Shown here piece after piece: positions 35,045 to 45,175 of a stretch of DNA of 64,000 bases (position 1 is its first letter; the number at the start of each line of letters is the position of its first letter). The translations under genes and the position numbers were made by a program. A model generated the notes under the pieces. It did not search any database. It was not told the origin of the DNA and saw nothing but the letters and a program-made list of their open reading frames with translations. Location of the stretch: NCBI GenBank assembly GCA_004764695.1, contig SMSO01000008.1:310001-374000 (forward strand), written 5' to 3'. This DNA is from Schizochytrium sp. TIO01. Taxonomy: Eukaryota > Protista > Bigyra: Labyrinthulomycetes.

Positions 35045-36451
35045 ATGTTTGCGAATGGCTATGAGGAACGCGTGGGCGTGAGGGACTACGTTTTCGCTGC
35101 TCTGGATGAGTCAAGTGCCATCGCCTTCCTCGACGATCCCTGGTTGCACGCTGCGAGACCAGAGGATGCGGCAAGTCGATCGTCAGGAGCACACAGCAAG
35201 TCTAGCAGCGAAGATGCTTCGGGACTCACGAGTTGTGTGCAAATTGGAAATGCTGAGGACGATGACATTGATCTTGGTGGTACCCAAGGTGATAGGCAAA
35301 AACGTAATGCAGAGGCCTGCCGAAAAAGTCGCCGGAAACGCAAAGCTGCAATGGAAAATCTGCGTAAACGCAACGAAGAACTAGAAGAGGCTCGTGACGT
35401 CTATCTCGAGCGCATTGCAGAGCTGCAGCTCGAGCTCGGGTCGCTTCAACACGGAACTAGCGTGGACATCGCTCGGGAAAATGAATTGCTTAGGGCCGAG
35501 ATCAACAAGCATAAGGCATCGATTGCGAGAATCTTAAGAGCCACACAGAAAGCCCCAGAAATGCTGCATGAAGAACGAATCAGGCTCCTAGAAACCGGCA
35601 TTGAAAATAGTCTTGGGCAAATCCTTGGACTCACACACGTATCTTCAGGATGGCCAATGCTGCCTGTGTACAAGTCAGACCTCGGCATCGAGGCATTTGC
35701 ACGACAGCAGTTCTTTCCGGAAAACGTGCCTGTTGACGAAATGAAGCGCTGGAGTGCTCGAATCGACTTCTGTAATTTGCCTGTCGAGGCAAGAGATATT
35801 CATGAACAACTCTGGAACGCAGAAATTAATCCTGAAGAAAAGAAAAAAATCCACGAGGGTGACTGGTGTGATGGTGTAAAGCGTACTGTCGAGGCATTTC
35901 CCGTGCTTGACAACCAGCCCGATATCAGGAGGGCTTTTGGAAATCGGCTGGTGTTTACCAAGTATACTGAAACCGCTGCAGATGACCCTGGCCCAACTGA
36001 CTTTATCACCATGCGTTGCAGTAACACAAGGGCAACGAAGGTCCTCGTACCACGCGCGATCCTCCCAGACGATCAGGAGTGTCTTTCCTTGCAACAGGTA
36101 TATGATGAGCAGCCTGAGGGCACGCGCAGTTGTTATGTAACTTCAACAACAGAATTCACCAAAGACTTGCTTCGCGCAAGACTTTTGCCGACCGTCAATG
36201 ATTATTCAAAAACTGGTCTCATCTGGGGATACACCTGTGTTCCATGTGAGCCTGCCATCGATGGCACCCCGCGCTGTCACGTCATTCTCATCTTCTCTGC
36301 AATGCTTGGCCACCTGAGCCACATGGATGGTGCGGAACATCTAATGCCGCAGAACGGATCTCTCCCGCCAAACTGGGAGCGTTTCATGGACTATAATGTT
36401 GCTGCAATTCATGATCGAGTCTCAAAGGTGTTTGAAATTCATCAGATGTGA
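35045..36451 (+). CDS. bZIP + C-terminal (START-like) domain protein, paralog D
   Basis: 468-aa ATG ORF. NAEACRKSRRKRKAAMENL (~35306), RENELLRAEI, EERIRLL, GYTCVP...CHVILIFS, NGSLPPNW. Confidence 0.9.
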   Translation: MFANGYEERVGVRDYVFAALDESSAIAFLDDPWLHAARPEDAASRSSGAHSKSSSEDASGLTSCVQIGNAEDDDIDLGGTQGDRQKRNAEACRKSRRKRKAAMENLRKRNEELEEARDVYLERIAELQLELGSLQHGTSVDIARENELLRAEINKHKASIARILRATQKAPEMLHEERIRLLETGIENSLGQILGLTHVSSGWPMLPVYKSDLGIEAFARQQFFPENVPVDEMKRWSARIDFCNLPVEARDIHEQLWNAEINPEEKKKIHEGDWCDGVKRTVEAFPVLDNQPDIRRAFGNRLVFTKYTETAADDPGPTDFITMRCSNTRATKVLVPRAILPDDQECLSLQQVYDEQPEGTRSCYVTSTTEFTKDLLRARLLPTVNDYSKTGLIWGYTCVPCEPAIDGTPRCHVILIFSAMLGHLSHMDGAEHLMPQNGSLPPNWERFMDYNVAAIHDRVSKVFEIHQM

Positions 36452-37617
36452 GACCACACTTCCACGTCTGAAAGCACCGTGGAGCTTAATGTTTGTTTCC
36501 AAGCCTCACCTTATTATCACGCAACACTCATTCGTTCCTGTGCCCTGATTTGCGCGAATGGCCACTTCAGCTCTCTTCTCATATAGCTCGTTCTTCTACA
36601 GATCTGCATCTCCTCTTGTTTAGTCCCATAGCGACTACAGCAAGATTATTCTGAGCTTGTTCTTTCTCGGTCCGTGTGCTCACAATGTACTTTTATCCTT
36701 CTGGTGCGCGGAGGCTGATCGAAGGCGAAGAACAATATTTTCCCCTCGCATGCACCATTTGTCTAGATTTATCTTGACAGACATATCGGTGCAGCAATTA
36801 CGGCGAGAGCCTTACGGTTTAATCTTTATTTTTTAATTCTGCCGTTCTAACAAACTGTTCCCTTAGCCTTTACCTTCAGCAATCATCATTATTACTTTGA
36901 CCAAATCTTCTGATACTATAGTTTATTGATCTACAGATTAATTGTGCACAATTTTCGTCATATTTTAGGTTCATGGAGTCCAAAAATGTTAAGAATAGAA
37001 TATTAGAACCTGAGAGTTATCAACAATCAAACATGAGGGTGTGCCACTGCTCCAACTCAAACGAAAGCATATTATGGTTCCCGCGTTCCCACAGCAAATA
37101 TTTATGCTCCACAATCCTTTAGCCAGCCAACTTTGAACACAAGATTGTAATGAAACAGTTGATGTCTCAACAGACCTAGGCTATTTTCTATATGCCATGC
37201 TCAAGTCACGATGTCAGAGAGCTCTAGATGTTAATAAGTGCAAAGTGGGATTTGGCATTAATAGCATTCGATCTCATTTTGTTTTTGTTTCTTTAGAAAT
37301 ATTGTTGGGTCAGGGCTTTCGCGTAGCTTAATTAGCTTCTTCTCAAACAAACAAATGTTCTATGTATATGTACGGTAACCTAGCACCATTAAACTAAATA
37401 TGTGGAACATTATTGTAATTTGATTATCTTGGCTCTTGGCTTTGGGAAAGAGCAGGAGCGTTTAAACAATACTGATTAGGGTGCAATGTGTAAATTCTTT
37501 ATTAGGGTTTCTGGTAGAATTTGCTAGCATGACGAATAGAGAAGAATCGCGTGCTCGTTCACAGCACGTTCTACCTTGCCAAAGACTAAACAAAGAACCT
37601 GACAACTACTTTTGATC

Positions 37618-39147
37618 ATGGGAGACCTTCACGCACTCGACAGTCTACTTTCTCAGCCCAACTTGAGCCCTCAAGAAGTCTCGTGGCGAGGCATGCAGAA
37701 TATGAAACACGTATTAACAGCACCCTTGCCCCAAGATGAAGATGGCACCAGACTCATCGACTTCTCACAAACAGATCCTCTCTTAATTGAGGGTGATCTG
37801 GATGGGTTTTGGGACAATGATTTCGCAAGTGACATCCCCATCTCAAGACAGCAGAACTCAGCACCAGTGATTGCACCAACTGCAACGAGACTCAGGGGAT
37901 ACATGGTACCAATACCGAAAACCTCATCTGAAGAAAAGGGCCACAACGTGCCAATCAAAGTCGCACAGAATAATGAAGGCAAGAACAATGATTCGTGTAC
38001 CACATTGGCTGCAAGTAAGCGTAATGCTGATGCGTGCCGTCGCAACCGGCTAAAACGCAAGGCTGACGAGGATAATCTTCGCAAGAGAAATGAAGAATTG
38101 GAGCAGAACCGGGGTTTCTTTCTTCATCGCATCGCAGAACTGCGATTTCAGGTTGATGTTTTACGCATGGCAGGTTCCGTTGACTTGCGCAGAGAAAATG
38201 ATCTTCTTAGGGCTGAAATAAGGAGGCACAAAGCTTATCTAAAGGATGTGGTGCAAGTAGTAAAAAAACATCCTCGTATCTTACTTGAAGAGAAGGCAAG
38301 GCTCCTGCAGTCGTGTCTTGATGACTGCATGTCACAAGTAATTGGTCTTACATACCATTCAAGGCAGTGGGCTCGGCTCCACACAATTCGTCGTGGCAAC
38401 CTTTCGATGAATATTTACTATGATATGCTACCCAAAAACGTTCCTCTTAGTGAGGTAAAGCGGATCAATCTTAGATACGAAGTTTTGAATGCTCCTGCTT
38501 CTGCAAAAACCTTTCACCACGTTTTGAGGATGTTCGACGACAACAATACGCAGAACAACCGATTAAAGGAGATTGCTGAAGCAGAAGTATGCTCACGCTG
38601 GCAGGTCAATCAACTCGTATCTCCTGAACTTGAAGAGACCCTTGCTGTGTTGTCTCCTGAAGGCAATGTACAGATCTCCACCTATTCTGAACATCAAGAT
38701 GATAAGGCCCGGATACAAACAACGGTGATTGCCTGTTCTTTGGAGGAAAGAAAGAAGCTTGTACCTCAAGCCCTTTTTGAGAAACATGAGGAAGATATTG
38801 TGAGGTGTAATATTATTGGACGCATGTCAAGTGAAGTTGTGCCTGTTTATATGCACGGGATGACGAATTGCGACAAAGAGTTAGCACAGGCGAGGATTCC
38901 CTTTCAAACTAGTGCAGAGGTGAACTTCACCAAGGGCCATATAATTGTTCCCCATCCTGACGATCCGAACGCATGTCACGTGATTGCCGTTTCAACAATC
39001 CCAATTGGCAACTTTCCTAAGCTCCTCTCACCGAGCGATTTTATCACAGAAGATGGTCGGTTGGCCGATGCGTATGCTCGTCTATCGGCTCAACAATTTG
39101 ATTTTTTTGTTGAAGAGATGGCTTCATATAATGAAACAGTGGAATAA
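37618..39147 (+). CDS. bZIP + C-terminal (START-like) domain protein, paralog E
   Basis: NADACRRNRLKRKADEDNL (~38023), MAGSVDLRRENDLL, LPKNVPLSEVKRINLRYE, GHIIVPHPDDPNACHVIAVSTIPIG. Confidence 0.9.
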   Translation: MGDLHALDSLLSQPNLSPQEVSWRGMQNMKHVLTAPLPQDEDGTRLIDFSQTDPLLIEGDLDGFWDNDFASDIPISRQQNSAPVIAPTATRLRGYMVPIPKTSSEEKGHNVPIKVAQNNEGKNNDSCTTLAASKRNADACRRNRLKRKADEDNLRKRNEELEQNRGFFLHRIAELRFQVDVLRMAGSVDLRRENDLLRAEIRRHKAYLKDVVQVVKKHPRILLEEKARLLQSCLDDCMSQVIGLTYHSRQWARLHTIRRGNLSMNIYYDMLPKNVPLSEVKRINLRYEVLNAPASAKTFHHVLRMFDDNNTQNNRLKEIAEAEVCSRWQVNQLVSPELEETLAVLSPEGNVQISTYSEHQDDKARIQTTVIACSLEERKKLVPQALFEKHEEDIVRCNIIGRMSSEVVPVYMHGMTNCDKELAQARIPFQTSAEVNFTKGHIIVPHPDDPNACHVIAVSTIPIGNFPKLLSPSDFITEDGRLADAYARLSAQQFDFFVEEMASYNETVE

Positions 39148-40092
39148 ATGAATTGTGAAACACATAATATCAATAAATGTTAAATTACACAAACGTTCTC
39201 TTGAAAGCCACAAACTAAATAGATTTTCTGTAGAACAAAGGTTTATTATCTTCTAAATTCTTATTCGACGAATAGCTTGCAAGCCATTTTGGCGACCTCC
39301 TCGTGATACATGAAACACGTATTCCTATGCAATGCGTGTGGATCCCATTCTTGATTTTCAAGATGGTACGTTATTTCTTTTTCCATGAATTGCATCGAGC
39401 TCACGCTATTCAAATAGAGCTACCATCAATTTGATCTAGGACAGCACCACGAAGCCCTAAGCTTCTTTCATATGCATTTTTTTTTCCCCTGTACATATTG
39501 CTGGCATAATCCAGGAAGGGTACTGAAGTTGCATATAAAAGCCCAAATTAGGAAATATAATTATATGTGCATCTCATCTCACTTCGTGGAGTGCTGGCCA
39601 CAGAAAAAGAATGCAACGATCATGTTGTACCGGAAATCTTTTAATACATAGAGCTCAAGTCACCTCCTAAACCTAAACTGCTCAGATATGGCACTGTTAT
39701 TATGTTACATTTTTTTTTTCTCTTATGAATGACCTCTTGCTGATATTTCCGAAATTCTGCAGAGCTCGTCATTCTATAATTCTTTACAACATTCAACTTC
39801 TTACAGTTTGACCCTTCGCACATCTTATCATTTATTCCAGGCAGGTACCATATTATTCGTGTTTACTTCGACTCCAAAACTCAGACTATATCTTGGCTAT
39901 CCCTTGCAAAATATCATACTTGCAGCCGCTGCGTGTTGAACTATATGTAACCATGTGTAGCACCACCGTAAATACACTGGGCAGTCCATTTGGACACACT
40001 TTGATTATATGAATTTAGTATTGATCAGGCAGTATGGTTAGTCCCTTCCTCTTTACCAACTCAGAGACAGCAAACTCTATCGCAGATCCGTG

Positions 40093-41649
40093 ATGGAAGA
40101 CTTCGACAGCTTGGATGACTATCTCTTGCAACCGGAGATGGGCTTTGACGAGCTCTCATGGCTGCGAGCGTCTCCTCACGGGCGGGGGGAGCCTCCATCT
40201 ATGGAGTCCTCGATGTTGGGCTTAATTGAGTCATTTGCGGAAACCACGAAACCGCGTACCTTGAACGAGTTTGGAGACCTCAGCAACAGCGAAACGACTG
40301 AAGGTTTCGTTGAACAAAAGCTCGGTACAAGTCAAAGTAAACTTGGGCCCGAGGGTAGCTTTGGCGATATCTTGGCAAGCTCACAGATGGTTTTGGGATC
40401 TCGCAGATCAACGCATAGTAGCACGCAAGGTTCTTCATCGAGCCAGAAAAGCTCAAATTTCCAAGCAGATAATTCAAATGAAGGAGCACTGATATCTGTG
40501 AATAAGAGGAATGCAGAGGCATGTCGCCGCAACAGGCTTAAACGCAAAGCAGACGAAGAGAACCTGCGAAAGAGGAACGAGGAACTGGAGGGGAACCGAG
40601 GGTTCTTTCTGGAGCGCATTGCGGAATTGCAGTTCCAGGTGGATGCGCTGCGTATGGCTGGATCGATTGATTTACGCAAGGAAAATGAATTCTTAAGGAA
40701 AGAGATCGCCTTGCATAAGTCATATCTAGATGATATGGTGAAAGCCGTTAAGAAGCATCCAAAAATTTTACTTGAAGAACGTGCAAGGCTGATTAAAACC
40801 TTCCTGAACGACTCCGTCGCCCATGTTGTTGGTCTTGCATATTCCTCGGCAGGGTGGCAGTACTTGCATACTACTCGGCATGGAATTTTCTCTATGCGAA
40901 TGCACTATGATGTACTGCCAAAAAATGTTCCTCTCAGCGAAGTAAAACGAATTAATATTCGTTGCGAACTTTTGAACGCACCTGCGGGGGCCAAAGCTTT
41001 TCACAATTTTGTGTCAAGCTTGTGGCATGATCAAGGTCGAATGCGTCGGTATAAGGAAGCTCTTCAGGTTATGTCCGAAGCTGATTGGAACATTGATACT
41101 ACTAATATGTCCTCAGAGCTCAAGGAGGCCTTATCAGCGTTGCCTACGGAGGACAATGTACGCATTGCTACCTGCACAGAATATGAGAACAACCGAATTC
41201 AGCTACAAACTACAATGTCTGCATGTTCTGCCAAACAAAATTTGGTCCCGCGTGCTCTCTTTGCTAAAGACGATAAAGATGCAGAACGGGACTTAGTTAT
41301 CGATAGTATGACAAGTGAAGCAAAACCAGCATTCATCCATGCAATTACAAATTGCGACCAAGAACTTGCCGAAGCAAAAGTACCAACCCCTTACATCGCT
41401 CCGTTTAAGTTCACAAATGGTCATGTGATTGTTCCTCATGATACTGATCCGAATTCGTGCCACGTTGTTGCCGTCTCGACGATTCCTATTGGGACCTTCC
41501 CGACATTACGAACTCCAGCTGATATGTTTACAAAGGACGGACTTCTGACAGACATGTACATTGAGTCGTTCAGTGCCCAGCTCGAGTTTTTCATGGAGGA
41601 GGTTACTGCATTTTGTGAAGCGCATGCCTATAATGTAAACGTTGGTTAA
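40093..41649 (+). CDS. bZIP + C-terminal (START-like) domain protein, paralog F
   Basis: NAEACRRNRLKRKADEENL (~40510), MAGSIDLRKENEFL, LPKNVPLSEVKRINIRCE, GHVIVPHDTDPNSCHVVAVSTIPIG. Confidence 0.9.
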   Translation: MEDFDSLDDYLLQPEMGFDELSWLRASPHGRGEPPSMESSMLGLIESFAETTKPRTLNEFGDLSNSETTEGFVEQKLGTSQSKLGPEGSFGDILASSQMVLGSRRSTHSSTQGSSSSQKSSNFQADNSNEGALISVNKRNAEACRRNRLKRKADEENLRKRNEELEGNRGFFLERIAELQFQVDALRMAGSIDLRKENEFLRKEIALHKSYLDDMVKAVKKHPKILLEERARLIKTFLNDSVAHVVGLAYSSAGWQYLHTTRHGIFSMRMHYDVLPKNVPLSEVKRINIRCELLNAPAGAKAFHNFVSSLWHDQGRMRRYKEALQVMSEADWNIDTTNMSSELKEALSALPTEDNVRIATCTEYENNRIQLQTTMSACSAKQNLVPRALFAKDDKDAERDLVIDSMTSEAKPAFIHAITNCDQELAEAKVPTPYIAPFKFTNGHVIVPHDTDPNSCHVVAVSTIPIGTFPTLRTPADMFTKDGLLTDMYIESFSAQLEFFMEEVTAFCEAHAYNVNVG

Positions 41650-42621
41650 TTCTTCTGTTGCTTCCTATTTAATGTCCTTCTTAAATGCGCTCTCATCAGT
41701 TCAGTTAATGCACTCCTTGGAAGATTGTTTCCATTGAACTCATCCTTGTATTTGTGAGCAAATCATCGGATCGATATTACAATCATAAATGATAATAGAT
41801 TTTCAATTTCTGCATGTAGCAAGGTTCGCGTTTCGCAGATGTAAGGGATTCATCGTTAAAGCTATTGATATTATAGCTGAGGTTTGTGCCATTTTTTAAA
41901 ATTCGTTTTATAGTTGTGGTTGCATGCCTCTCGCTTCAAATCATGATATCATTAGGAGTTGAACAGCTTAATCTAATTATTCAGGTATATTGAGGAATTA
42001 GCTGATCAAACACTCCGGGTGATTTTGTACAAGATTGATATCTGGTGAGTCTGTGGAGTCAATTTCTTATGCTTTGCATAGAAAGCACTTCTGAGCTAAG
42101 AGGCGTCTCATAAGCTATTGTTTCCTTCAATCTTGCAAAGTTACGCTCTTACTAAATAAATTGTAGCTACTGGACAAGAGAAGCGTCCAGAGCGCTGAGA
42201 CAGACTTGTGACCCTTGAACTCTCTTGGTCTAATCGTTTTAAAAATGGTGATAGTTTTAATTTTTAACTACAAGTTTGCTCGCTCCATTCTCCTTTTCTG
42301 ATGGTCATTGTTTCAGCTTCAAATTTAGCAAAAGTCTTCCTTTATTCGTGCATTTTAACTTTTTTCTACCTGTTTCCTTGCAAATTTATCACTTCAGTTT
42401 CTTCATTTGTGTAACTCCATAATTACTAAACCCCTTGGTTTGATCACATTCTTCTGGCCATTTACGAACGATTTGGATTTCTTAAACAATTTCAGTGTAT
42501 TACTTTCTATAGTAAATAATAGTAATAGTAAGTGTGTACAATTACAATAGTATCAACATGTACATCAAGTTGACTGTAGCACTGGAACAGAAAAGAATCA
42601 ATCTCGAAGTGAGGAACCACA

Positions 42622-44262
42622 ATGGAGGATCTCGACAGCGTATTCGACGATATTGTATCTCTGCCAGAGCTAGGCCTTGATAACCTCTCTTGGCTTCAGG
42701 CTTCTCCGCAACCTCGCGGAACTACAAGTTTTGAAGATGCTGGAGGTGCCAGCTGCTGCTCCGAACAGCCGAATGAATCCTACACGAGAAGTAGCAAAAG
42801 CGAAAGTATTTTCGATGGCAGCAGCAAGACCGGTCACCCTAATACTAGCGGTATCAGCAGCAGCAGCAGCAGTAGCAGCAGCGATAGCAGCAGTAGCTTT
42901 TATAATGGTTGCAACAGCTCCAATAGTAATAATATCGTACTAAATGGCTGCTTTGGCAATGTCTTCTCAACTTCAGAAATAGATTCACAGCAGCTCCCAG
43001 TAAGTGTCTTAGCGTCAGAATTACCGCGGAGAAATAGGAATAAGTCGTGTGCTAAAGCATCTGTGACACCGCTGCAATCCTTGTCCAAACCAAACTCAAG
43101 CACCGCGTCATACTTGAACAAACGCAACGCAGAGGCTTGTCGACGCAACAGACTCAAACGAAGGGCCGAGGAGGAATTTCTTCGTAATCGTAACGAGGAA
43201 CTGCAGCAAAATCGCGCTCTTTATATGCAACGAATTGCAGATCTGCAAAATCAGGTAGATGTCCTATGCATGGGTGCAGACACTATTGACTTAAGAAAGG
43301 AGAACGAGTTCCTGAAGGCTGAGATAGTACAACAAAAGGCATACCTAGATGGAATGGTCAAAGCTATCAGAAGACACCCATCTATTTTACCAGAGGAACG
43401 AGCAAGGTTACTGAGGTCTTGTTTAGAAAACTCTGTAGCATACGTGGTTGGACTGGCCCATTTATCTACTTCGTGGAGACATATTTATTCTGCTCAATTT
43501 GAGAAGTTTTCTATGAACTCGCACTACGATACGTTGCCGAGAAATGTTCCGCTTGGTGAAGTACGAAGAATCAACATCCGATCGGAATTTGTAAATGTTC
43601 CTGTTTCAGCTTCAAAATTTCATGAAATTATGATATCTATGTGGAACGATAGAAACCGGGCATCTAGGCTTTCAGCAGCCCTTAAAAGAACCTCCCACTG
43701 GGATTGGCGTGTAGACCCATTGAGCTCCCCAGAACTTGACGAATCTATCTCAAATATGCCCCCAGATGAGAAGGTATGTATATCTCGCTGTCTAGAAATT
43801 CAGGAAGGTACTTATGAACACAAGACAACAATGTCTGCATATTCAACGAAAAAAGACCTTATTCCACGTGCAATTTTCAGACAGGATGGGGATGGAGATA
43901 TAGCAGACGGGTGTACAGCCACTTCCCATTTGGCTGATCAACATGTTTCAGCATATATCCATGCGATGACAAACTGCGATGCGGAACTGGAACAAGCCCA
44001 AATCCCCACAGGAATCAAGGGTCACTTCAAGTTTACCTCTGGGCATGTCGCTATCCCAGACCAAAATGATCCGAACACATGTCATGTGGTTGCTATTGTT
44101 TCTATTCCAGTTGGGGAATTTCAAACTGTTCGTTCGCCTTATGACATGATCACAGAAGAAGGAACTCTCACTGAATCATATGCGCGACTTTATCACGCTC
44201 AGGTTGAGTACTTTTTGGAAGAGGTTTCAGGTTTGTGCGAGGCAACTGCAGTTGAATATTGA
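42622..44262 (+). CDS. bZIP + C-terminal (START-like) domain protein, paralog G
   Basis: 546-aa ATG ORF with an AGC-encoded poly-Ser tract. NAEACRRNRLKRRAEEEFL (~43126), LPRNVPLGEVRRINIRSE, GHVAIPDQNDPNTCHVVAIVSIPVG. Confidence 0.9.
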   Translation: MEDLDSVFDDIVSLPELGLDNLSWLQASPQPRGTTSFEDAGGASCCSEQPNESYTRSSKSESIFDGSSKTGHPNTSGISSSSSSSSSDSSSSFYNGCNSSNSNNIVLNGCFGNVFSTSEIDSQQLPVSVLASELPRRNRNKSCAKASVTPLQSLSKPNSSTASYLNKRNAEACRRNRLKRRAEEEFLRNRNEELQQNRALYMQRIADLQNQVDVLCMGADTIDLRKENEFLKAEIVQQKAYLDGMVKAIRRHPSILPEERARLLRSCLENSVAYVVGLAHLSTSWRHIYSAQFEKFSMNSHYDTLPRNVPLGEVRRINIRSEFVNVPVSASKFHEIMISMWNDRNRASRLSAALKRTSHWDWRVDPLSSPELDESISNMPPDEKVCISRCLEIQEGTYEHKTTMSAYSTKKDLIPRAIFRQDGDGDIADGCTATSHLADQHVSAYIHAMTNCDAELEQAQIPTGIKGHFKFTSGHVAIPDQNDPNTCHVVAIVSIPVGEFQTVRSPYDMITEEGTLTESYARLYHAQVEYFLEEVSGLCEATAVEY

Positions 44263-45175
44263 CAATGGCTTGGTGATTTTTGACTGAAGGTGTCGCTTCC
44301 CTTGCCTGTTTGATCTAATGATGTTTGGTTATCGTCTCCTTCTCCATCTCGTCGTAGTAGTATTTCTGCGGTATGGTTTGCACGGATTCGTCCCAACGTT
44401 CTTGATCTCTTCAGATGGAGAGGATTTGACTTGCAAGATAATCAAAGAAATGAATATGAGGGTCTCATCTTAAGAGTCCGCTCACAGGGCAGTGGCCGCC
44501 CTAGCAACATTTACTTAAGCTCCTGCGATACGCTTTCTAAGATTCTGTCATAAGAGCAGAAATTGAGTTATGTATTCTATCACCATGAGCGATGGTAAAA
44601 TTTGTATGCATTGTTAAAAAATAAATACGGATAGAAGGTTTCAAAATTGCACCCGTTAGTTTCTTCTTCAAGTTTCTTCTCTCAAGAAGTATTTGAGAAC
44701 CAGCAATCATTTTAATACTTGGTCTGCCCACCCAAGGACAAAAGACCGTCTCAAGACAGATTTTCTACCCCTCGCGCAAAACCAATATCCAACAAAGCAA
44801 ATATCCTTTGCTACACATTCCTCGCCACATCGACCTAAATAGTTGAAGTCTACAAGAACTCCAGCATGCTCCAGCGCACAGCACCTCGAATTTGGTGTAA
44901 TGCAGTAGATAGCTAAGCTACCTGCCTCTAGCTAGTAGAAATGTACTCTCAAACACCGCTGACTGCAGCAATGTTTATATATATGTACAGGGTTACAAGG
45001 ACTAGTAGTAATACCCCTACTTCTTGCTATTCTTAAGAACATGTCCAACCTTTCCCTACGTTCTTGGTATCTACTCCTATGGTGACCTCGAACCTCTCAA
45101 TTACGATGAAAAGAAGTTTGCTTGTGTCTCACCAAACTCCAATGCTGCGGGCGCCGTGGTGCGTGCAAAGCCACC

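Noticed and set aside
37425-39900. Shared ATCTTGGCT about 190 bp upstream of E and F
   Set aside because: A 9-bp match in only two promoters is compatible with chance or a duplication remnant.
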